Below, piece by piece: positions 17,169 to 23,708 of a stretch of 64,000 nt of DNA. Origin of the DNA: Xylanibacter ruminicola (lineage in GTDB: Bacteria > Bacteroidota > Bacteroidia > Bacteroidales > Bacteroidaceae). How positions within the stretch are numbered: position 1 is the first letter of the stretch; the number at the start of each line of letters is the position of its first letter. The position numbers and the translations under genes are program-made. The DNA lies in the NCBI GenBank assembly GCA_015060625.1, contig SUYC01000005.1, positions 41,270-105,269 of the forward strand. Reading direction: 5' to 3'. A model generated the notes under the pieces. That model did no database searches. It was not told the DNA's origin and saw nothing but the letters and a program-made list of their open reading frames with translations.

Positions 17169-17968
17169 TACCAGAATACTTTATCCAAGAATGGAAGGAA
17201 ATGGCTCCTTGGACAGAGCCTTATATGGTGGAGCAAGATCTCATTATCTGCCGTGCGTTGATAAGTATCTTTAGCGATGAATTTCTCGCTTCACAATTAG
17301 CATTCCGTGGTGGCACAGCCCTGCATAAGCTTTACTTATCACCGCAGCCTCGCTATAGTGAGGATATCGACCTTGTGCAGATTAATCCTGGTCCTATCAA
17401 ACCTATTATGTATAGGTTAGGAGAAGTGCTCAGTTGGCTACCCGATAGAGTGACCAAGCAGAAACGATACAACAATACAATGTTGTTTAGGGTTGAATCG
17501 GAGATAGCTCCTGTGATTCAGATTCGACTAAAGGTTGAAATCAACTGCTTTGAACATTTTAACGTGCTGGGGTTGACTAAAGTTCCTTTTAGTATGAAGA
17601 ACTCGTGGTTTACAGGTAAGGCTGAATTGACAACCTATCACTTCGAGGAATTACTTGGAACCAAACTGCGTGCGCTTTATCAACGAAAGAAGGGACGCGA
17701 CCTGTTTGACCTTTATTGTGCATTGACCAAGCATGATGTGGACGTGGATAAGGTTATGCTATGCTATAAGAAGTATATGGAATTTGTGGTAGATAAGGCA
17801 CCGTCGTACAAGCAGTTTGTGAATAATATGGAGGAGAAAATGCAAGATCCGGAGTTCTTGGAGGACACAACGCTGCTTCTCCGCCCTGAGATAAAATTCT
17901 CACCCTCAGAAGCCTATCCGATAGTTTATAAGATTTTTATTGATAAGATGGAGGGTAAGCGTGATTAA
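17165..17968 (+). CDS. abiEii: Type IV TA toxin, AbiEii-family nucleotidyltransferase
   Basis: VEQDLII, AFRGGTALHKLY...RYSEDIDL, LKVEIN, KLRALYQRKKGRDLFDL. Confidence 0.9.
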   Translation: MIPEYFIQEWKEMAPWTEPYMVEQDLIICRALISIFSDEFLASQLAFRGGTALHKLYLSPQPRYSEDIDLVQINPGPIKPIMYRLGEVLSWLPDRVTKQKRYNNTMLFRVESEIAPVIQIRLKVEINCFEHFNVLGLTKVPFSMKNSWFTGKAELTTYHFEELLGTKLRALYQRKKGRDLFDLYCALTKHDVDVDKVMLCYKKYMEFVVDKAPSYKQFVNNMEEKMQDPEFLEDTTLLLRPEIKFSPSEAYPIVYKIFIDKMEGKRD

Positions 17969-18281
17969 TAATCAAATCTTGAATGCTATAAGAGACAAGG
18001 CTAGTCAGATTGTGCCAAAGGGTACTACAGTTATTCTCTTTGGCTCAAGAGCACGTGGTGATGCTCGTGAAGATTCTGATTGGGATGTGCTTATCCTGCT
18101 TGATAAAGATCACATAACCTCTCAGGATATTGATGATTATTCTTGTCCATTACGCGAATTGGGTTGGGACTATAATCAGTGCATTAATGCGATCTTATAT
18201 ACAAAACGTGATTGGGATAGCAGTATTATCAGTCCTTTCCGCGAAAACGTAACTGAAGATGGAATAATATTATTGGGTTAA
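17961..18281 (+). CDS. Minimal nucleotidyltransferase (MNT) domain protein
   Basis: ILFGSRARGDAREDSDWDVLILL. A GTG start overlaps the abiEii stop. Confidence 0.85.
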   Translation: MINNQILNAIRDKASQIVPKGTTVILFGSRARGDAREDSDWDVLILLDKDHITSQDIDDYSCPLRELGWDYNQCINAILYTKRDWDSSIISPFRENVTEDGIILLG

Positions 18282-18333
18282 GTGGCTAAAAACTACACTT
18301 TTCAAACGATAAACTACACTTTTAAAATTGTGG

Positions 18334-18424
18334 CGTTATTATGTAAAATATCGCGTTCTGAAACGTTATTTCTTGTAAAATATCGTATTCTGATGCTATG
18401 TTTTTATGTAAAATATCGCGTTTT
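18334..18424. repeat. Three degenerate 32-33 bp tandem units with core TGTAAAATATCG
   Basis: Cores at 18342, 18374 and 18407, ending just upstream of TATCTTTG (18439-18446). Confidence 0.75.
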
Positions 18425-18485
18425 ACGTTTTTTCTTCGTATCTTTGTACCCAAAATAGGTTTCATAGATTGATAAATCAAGGAAC

Positions 18486-19733
18486 ATGGCAAGACTTATA
18501 GTTAGAAATGTAGGACCAATAAAGGATGTGGATATTGAGCTAAGGAAGGTCAATGTCTTCATGGGACCTCAAGGTTGTGGCAAGAGCACTCTTGCTAAAA
18601 TCATCAGTTTTTGTTCCTGGCTTGAGAAAGATAGTGATGCTACGATGAAAGCCGAGACGGGTGGTCTTGTGTCATTAATGATGAAGTTCCATAGAATGGA
18701 AGGCTATTTCCAGGATGAGTCAGAACTGGCATACATTGGAGATGATGTGGCCTTTTTCTATCATTTCCCTGAACCATTCCCTCTCAATTGGAAATCTGAC
18801 GATTTTGCCACATCTCACTTTCGCCAAGATGAGTTTATTTTCCATAAGGCTCAGAGAAGTGTCAACCCTAAGGTGATATATATTCCTGCTGAGAGAAATT
18901 TCGTGTCTGTTGTACCTAATCTTCAAAAATACGCGGAGCAAGATGATTCTCTTCAGAGTTTTGTGAACGACTGGTTCGTTGCTAAAAAGGCATATACAGA
19001 AAAACAGCCGCTGAAGATAGAAATGTTGGGTATAGAGTATTATTACAGTTCTAAGACTGATAGCGACATTGTGGTTATGGCTGGACAAAATGTTAGGCTT
19101 AGCCAGTCAAGTAGCGGTTTTCAGTCAGTTGTGCCATTAATGGCTTTGCTGAGCTATCTGTCATCAACAATCTATGAAGAAAACAAACCTTTTTCGCCAG
19201 CAGAAAACGAACAGATGAGAGAGATTCTTTCGCGTGTGTCGAGTGAAGCCAAAGATGGAATGGAGCAGAAACTGATAGAACGCATAAAAGGATTTCTTCA
19301 GGGAAAAGTATATACTCATACCCAGTTTGTCGTTGAAGAACCTGAGCAGAATCTGTTCCCAAATACGCAGTGCCAACTGATGTATCATCTGCTAAGTTGT
19401 TTGAATCATGGCAAAGCACACCGTGCTGTAATAACAACACACAGTCCCTATATACTTTATGCTCTTAATAATTGCTTATTGGCAAATATTGTCCGGGAAG
19501 AAATTCTTAAAGAAGAAAATGCAGAGTTGAACATAAATTGTTTAGATGTTGTTATAGCTCCTGGCGATGTGGGCGTGTGGGAAATAGAGAATGGAAGCAT
19601 GAAAACATACGGTGAGGAATCTGCCAACAGTACTATACAAGATAAAGATGGACTGATAAGACAGAACTACTTCAATAGTGTGATGGGCGACGTGATGCGT
19701 GATTTTAATAATCTGCTGATGTATAAGGACTAA
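18486..19733 (+). CDS. ABC-type (AAA_15/AAA_21-like) ATPase
   Basis: IRNVGPI-like N-terminus, Walker A GPQGCGKST, YIPAERN, signature LSQSSSGFQS, Walker B/D-loop VVEEPEQNLFP, H-loop ITTHSPY. Confidence 0.9.
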   Translation: MARLIVRNVGPIKDVDIELRKVNVFMGPQGCGKSTLAKIISFCSWLEKDSDATMKAETGGLVSLMMKFHRMEGYFQDESELAYIGDDVAFFYHFPEPFPLNWKSDDFATSHFRQDEFIFHKAQRSVNPKVIYIPAERNFVSVVPNLQKYAEQDDSLQSFVNDWFVAKKAYTEKQPLKIEMLGIEYYYSSKTDSDIVVMAGQNVRLSQSSSGFQSVVPLMALLSYLSSTIYEENKPFSPAENEQMREILSRVSSEAKDGMEQKLIERIKGFLQGKVYTHTQFVVEEPEQNLFPNTQCQLMYHLLSCLNHGKAHRAVITTHSPYILYALNNCLLANIVREEILKEENAELNINCLDVVIAPGDVGVWEIENGSMKTYGEESANSTIQDKDGLIRQNYFNSVMGDVMRDFNNLLMYKD

Positions 19734-19741
19734 AATCTGAG

Positions 19742-20332
19742 ATGGAAAAGATATTCAGAGAAACTGAGCGATTTGAGTCCGACTTCTATATTGGAGACTA
19801 TACGCGATATTCAGAGAGTTATCCGACTTGCGGAAAGACGGGTGTTGTAATGTCAAACATGCCGTTTGCAGATATCAAAACACTTCATTTCGAAAACAAA
19901 CAGCATATACCTGTATTGGCTGTCAACTTTGAGAAGAATTTGAGCTATTTTAGGGGCAATGATCACGAACTTGTTTCGAATTGTGAATGTATGCTTGTTT
20001 CAGACAAGGCTCGTAAGAAGGGGTGGCTGGTGTTGGCAGAGTTGAAATATTGTGGTGGAGATCCAAGAACGGTGAATGATAATTTTGAGAAAGCTCTTTC
20101 ACAGGTAAAGGACACTTTTCTATATTTGAGAGATATAAAACACTTGTTTGGTGAGTCCGACTACCGGTATATATGGGTTGTTTCTCTTCCAGAGCATGAC
20201 GAAATGATACCATTCAGCCAGTTCTATCCATCACCCGAACGTATTCTGACTTACAAAGAGCAGCTTCATGTTAACCTGATATGTTCGAATACAATTGAGA
20301 TTCGCACTCATCAACATGTAAAGGTAGAGTAA
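19742..20332 (+). CDS. Hypothetical protein, putative PD-(D/E)xK-like nuclease partner of the ATPase
   Basis: CECMLV...LVLAELKY...KALSQVKDT pattern. Starts 8 nt after the ATPase stop. Confidence 0.6.
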   Translation: MEKIFRETERFESDFYIGDYTRYSESYPTCGKTGVVMSNMPFADIKTLHFENKQHIPVLAVNFEKNLSYFRGNDHELVSNCECMLVSDKARKKGWLVLAELKYCGGDPRTVNDNFEKALSQVKDTFLYLRDIKHLFGESDYRYIWVVSLPEHDEMIPFSQFYPSPERILTYKEQLHVNLICSNTIEIRTHQHVKVE

Positions 20333-20385
20333 AAATCTTAATCATAGATAACAATAAAACCTTACATACTCTTATTCTTAGTTAA

Positions 20386-20547
20386 AGTACGTCGGGGAAC
20401 GACAACAACGGTGGCAGTGGTGGTGATACGCAGAACTTCCCATCGGTTGGCGACACCTATCAAGGATGCCACGTGCTGGCCGTGACGGTGGAAGATGATG
20501 GGCAGTCGGCTGAGTTGGGGCTGCTCGCCCCCAGCCGCGCGGCATAA
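20386..20547 (+). pseudogene. Possible start-less 3' remnant of a surface-protein gene
   Basis: Open frame STSGNDNNGGSGGDTQNFPSVGDTYQGCHVLAVTVEDDGQSAELGLL..., preceded by an in-frame stop and GC-richer than its flanks. Confidence 0.25.
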
Positions 20548-20556
20548 CCCCGCGGT
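20527..20556. repeat. GC-rich REP-like hairpin element, copy 2
   Basis: GCCCCCAGCCGCGCGGCATAACCCCGCGGT, same orientation as 16196-16224 with one extra A. Confidence 0.8.
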
Positions 20557-20570
20557 GTTTTAGCATGGTA

Positions 20571-20708
20571 TTAGATATGTTCAATAATGTCGCGGTTGAA
20601 ACTACGGAGTGATTTCAACTCGCCAACAAACTCATCGTCTGTCATACCATCATCACCCCAGATGCCATAATATTTCTTAGCTGATATACGCTTAGGAGTT
20701 GTAACCAT
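20571..20708 (-). CDS. Small antitoxin-like protein MVTTPKRISAKKYYGIWGDDGMTDDEFVGELKSLRSFNRDIIEHI
   Basis: 45 aa directly downstream of a TATCTTTG promoter. The GIW..D..D.EF..EL...R pattern resembles small antitoxins found before PIN toxins. Confidence 0.4.
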   Translation of the reverse strand: MVTTPKRISAKKYYGIWGDDGMTDDEFVGELKSLRSFNRDIIEHI

Positions 20709-20725
20709 AACTTTACTATTTTTGC

Positions 20726-20764
20726 TGCAAAGATAGGATATATCTTTGAAACTTGCAAGTTTTT
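20726..20764 (-). promoter_or_regulatory. Promoter with palindrome AAACTTGCAAGTTT, duplicated at 21970-22008
   Basis: TGCAAAGATAGGATATATCTTTGAAACTTGCAAGTTTTT versus TGCAAAGATAGAATATATTTTTGAAACTTGCAAGCTTTT (3 mismatches). Confidence 0.75.
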
Positions 20765-20897
20765 GGTTCACTTCTTTTTGTAAAGAAGGTGAACAACTCA
20801 AGAAAGCACTAGCACTATTTGGGCTTACAAATTAAGTAAGCTACCCATAAATGTTGCAAAGGAATTGCATTTGCCTGATGCCATTAGATTAGAGAAA

Positions 20898-21947
20898 TCA
20901 TCCTTTGTGAGTATTGACATGATTGGTGATAAAGTTAGAAGAAAGGATATCATAATTGCTAAGACCCGTGCGAGCAAACTTAGCAAACAGTTCCTGGTGG
21001 GTTTGGCTATTAAGACTGGTAACCACGCTACCCGTACGTTGAAGGATATTCCACAAATCCAAATCAACCGTATCAAGTAGGAAACTATCATTCGAAGTTA
21101 CTATCAGCTGTATCGACTTGGCCTTACAATAGGAGAACACTATCTTACCCAACTTTGTAGATCGGCGATAGTCCAAACCTTCGCCCATATCATCAATCAT
21201 CAGGCAGCGGGCTCCCTTCAGTGTTGAGCTGTATATCATATAGAGCAATACACTGAACACACGGAACATTCCGTTTGAGAGTTCGTAGAACTCCATCGGC
21301 TTCTCGATGCCTGTTTCGTATATCAACAGCCACTTACCACCAGAAGCATTCTCAACTACCTCAATCTTGTCAATCTGGTAGCCAAGCTCCTTAATATACT
21401 CTATCAATACGTTTTGCTGATTCTTTATCTGCTCATACATCTCAGGGATAAGAGGCTCGGTAGAGAGTATATAAGGACTTAACGACTTTAACGAAGCCGT
21501 GATATTACTAAACACATAAAGCGAAGTATGCTCAGCCCATAAAATAATCTCCTCGATTTCTGGATAACGCATGGTATCTCTACGAGCCTGTATTAACAGC
21601 TTGTTTGCAGGTGGATTTACCGATTCACCATACATCTCGGCGGTAGATGCATTTCTGACAATCTTAGACTGTCCATCAATCAAGAGACTTTCTGACTTGA
21701 TTAATCCGTCAGACAGCTCGAATGCATATTCAATCTGATGGCTATTTGACAATCTAAGCACACAAGAGAAATCCTTTTTGGCCAATTCTGAGTCGTTCTT
21801 AATAAAGCGAATGACATTACCCAAGGCCTCTAAAGTCCTTGACTTACCTACAGAATTCATACCAACAATAAGGTTCTGGTGATGAAGTGTAAGCTTTTCC
21901 AGTTGCCAACCGGAAGATTCTCTATATGAAAATTCTGTCAGAATCAT
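20898..21947 (-). CDS. ABC-type (AAA_21-like) ATPase, start MILTEF at 21947
   Basis: Walker A VGMNSVGKSR, signature ELSNGMFR, Walker B LMIDDMGEGLD, and IVTSND at the H-loop position. Confidence 0.85.
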   Translation of the reverse strand: MILTEFSYRESSGWQLEKLTLHHQNLIVGMNSVGKSRTLEALGNVIRFIKNDSELAKKDFSCVLRLSNSHQIEYAFELSDGLIKSESLLIDGQSKIVRNASTAEMYGESVNPPANKLLIQARRDTMRYPEIEEIILWAEHTSLYVFSNITASLKSLSPYILSTEPLIPEMYEQIKNQQNVLIEYIKELGYQIDKIEVVENASGGKWLLIYETGIEKPMEFYELSNGMFRVFSVLLYMIYSSTLKGARCLMIDDMGEGLDYRRSTKLGKIVFSYCKAKSIQLIVTSNDSFLLDTVDLDLWNILQRTGSVVTSLNSQTHQELFAKFARTGLSNYDILSSNFITNHVNTHKG

Positions 21948-22051
21948 AATGTATATACTATTATTCGCATGCAAAGATAGAATATATTTTTGAAACTTGC
22001 AAGCTTTTTGAAAAGAAGATGAACAAAAATTAGATGTTAATTTGCATTTTA

Positions 22052-22083
22052 TTTGGCTATTTCAGATAAAAGTTGTATCTTTG
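22052..22083 (+). promoter_or_regulatory. Sigma-A promoter of the upxY/polysaccharide transcript
   Basis: TTTG (22052-22055), 20 nt, TATCTTTG (22076-22083). Implies a 5' leader of about 375 nt. Confidence 0.8.
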
Positions 22084-22089
22084 CCCCCG

Positions 22090-22420
22090 AATTCTCGTCA
22101 TGTCCACGCCGGATTCAAGGCAATCGTGCCAAGAAGTGGAAGGGTGGGTAGCGAGTTTTCGTACATATTAAAGGCGTTTACAAGCGCTACGTTTGAGACT
22201 CTTCGGAATCTGGAAAATTCAAAATTGGAATCTTGAACATAGCAACGGTAGATGCTCTCGGGATGTGTTTATACGCGTCCCCAATCCTCTGAATGTGGGG
22301 GTAGGGTGACTTGTATTCATATCGGCGTGGGCTCTGACGTTGTCTGTTCAATTCCAATGGGCAATTCCAGAGCCTCGAAGAGTGGGACGGGCAACAGCAC
22401 GATTCCACGCTTTTTTTATG
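22090..22420 (+). ncRNA. Candidate structured 5' leader RNA of upxY
   Basis: Nested long-range complementarities: 22122-29 with 22397-404, 22199-214 with 22366-382, 22225-247 with 22338-357. Ends in T7. Confidence 0.4.
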
Positions 22421-22464
22421 TCTTGCCGCTAAGATTTTGGCGCGCATAAAAACAGAAGGCCGAT

Positions 22465-23157
22465 ATGGATGCATTGATTAATGCTAACAAGGCAACATCA
22501 CCAATAACCCGCTGTGGACTTACCTCCATGGCCATCCCCGAAGCTATAGATGCACAAAAAGGGGCGTCGGTAGAATACGCTCCTGACCCTGATAAGCGCT
22601 GGTATGTGCTCCGTGCCTCCTATGGTCGTGAGATATTAGCCGAACAGCTACTCATCCAGAGCCATGTCTATGCCTACGTTCCCAAACGCTATACCTATAT
22701 CGAGGTGAAGGGCCGCCCCAAAAAGGTGTTGCAATGCCTCATTGCCAATATCGTGTTTGCCTATCTCACACCCAAGCAAGCTATGATGTTCGTTCGTAAT
22801 AACGATCCTGATGAGCCATCGCCAGCCCCGCAATTGTCAGAATTTATTAGCTTCTACTATAATCATTTTGTCGAGGGTGAAAACTGGCGAAATCCGCCGC
22901 TTACTATCCCTGAGCACGAGATGCTCAACTTTATTTGTGCCACCTGCTCGAACGACGAGAATCTGCTGATGCTCCAGGGAGGCGACTTTCATTACAAAAC
23001 CGACGATGAAGTCGAGGTTATCTGTGGTCAGTTCAAAGGTGTTCGTGGTCGAGTCATCCGAGCCCGCGGTCAGCAACGAGTGCTTGTCGCTCTTACCGCC
23101 CTCAATTGCTTCTGTGCCACCGCTTATATTCCGACCCCGTTCCTCCAAAAAATATAA
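22465..23157 (+). CDS. upxY: UpxY-family (NusG-like) transcription antiterminator
   Basis: NGN domain WYVLRASYGRE...YVPKRY...LIANIVFAY and KOW EVEVICGQFKGVRGRVIR. First gene of a polysaccharide locus. Confidence 0.88.
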   Translation: MDALINANKATSPITRCGLTSMAIPEAIDAQKGASVEYAPDPDKRWYVLRASYGREILAEQLLIQSHVYAYVPKRYTYIEVKGRPKKVLQCLIANIVFAYLTPKQAMMFVRNNDPDEPSPAPQLSEFISFYYNHFVEGENWRNPPLTIPEHEMLNFICATCSNDENLLMLQGGDFHYKTDDEVEVICGQFKGVRGRVIRARGQQRVLVALTALNCFCATAYIPTPFLQKI

Positions 23158-23171
23158 CTCCCAAAATACCG

Positions 23172-23227
23172 TGAGTTAATTCAAAACGTCTAATGAGTTA
23201 ATTCATTGCCCCTTTTGAATTAATTCA
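23172..23227. repeat. Three palindromic TGA(G/A)TTAATTCA sites at a 22-bp period
   Basis: Copies at 23172, 23194 and 23216. Confidence 0.75.
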
Positions 23228-23256
23228 CCGCACTTCGAGGCCTCTCGATTACGATG

Positions 23257-23318
23257 AAAAATCAAATTGATTTTGGAGCAAAAGTAACTTGATTTTGAGT
23301 AATAATCAACTTGATTTT
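23257..23318. repeat. Three AATCAA(C/A)TTGATTTT-type sites at a 22-bp period
   Basis: TTGATTTT ends at 23274, 23296 and 23318. Confidence 0.75.
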
Positions 23319-23338
23319 CGATGAAAACCAATAAGGAA

Positions 23339-23438
23339 AATATCCTCATCCCTTCTTAACCCCCTCTCTATATAGCCCCCATCCTCTCTCTAAAGAGAGG
23401 TGGGGCTATAGTAAGAGGGGTGTAAGGGATAGGGATAT
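23339..23438. repeat. Long imperfect hairpin with ~45-50 bp arms
   Basis: ATATCC...CCCCTCT...TATAGCCCC...CCTCTC / GAGAGG.TGGGGCTATA...AGAGGGG...GGATAT. Confidence 0.7.
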
Positions 23439-23708
23439 GCCTTACGATTGGGCTATGGCATGGCGAGAAAAGGTCGAATGTAATTCAACCGGTTATTATC
23501 ATGGGATTGTACCATCATCGTAATCTTATTGGTTCGCCAAGTGCATTCGTGAGAGTTGTATGATATACTGCCACATGGCAGGTATATAAAAACGTTTTAA
23601 AGGGGGCAGACTCTTATCAGGATTTCTCATAAATAAAGGTTCAATAACCTGGTAATCCTGCCCCTTTTTCAAAGTAAATTAGTAGAATAAGAAATAATAA
23701 ACAAAATT

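Noticed and set aside
18334-18424. Possible mini-CRISPR (three repeats at 32-33 bp spacing); the 23172-23318 arrays were considered likewise
   Set aside because: Cores are only 12-16 bp and degenerate, intervening sequences are too short and partly similar to each other, and there are no cas genes.
20540-20584. Decayed PIN/VapC toxin start after the antitoxin-like ORF
   Set aside because: Only a few codons (TATCTA...ATACCA) faintly resemble a YLLDTN start, which is not enough to call.
22042-22474. Small ORFs in the upxY leader (22042-22236, 22187-22474, 22252-22449)
   Set aside because: The first starts upstream of the promoter -7 box. None has protein-like motifs, and the region is better explained as structured RNA.
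21960-23260. Invertible promoter for the polysaccharide locus, as in Bacteroides CPS loci
   Set aside because: No clear inverted repeats flank the 22052-22083 promoter and no invertase is present. The only match (GCCTCGAAG at 22373 versus CTTCGAGGC at 23233) is 9 bp and could be chance.
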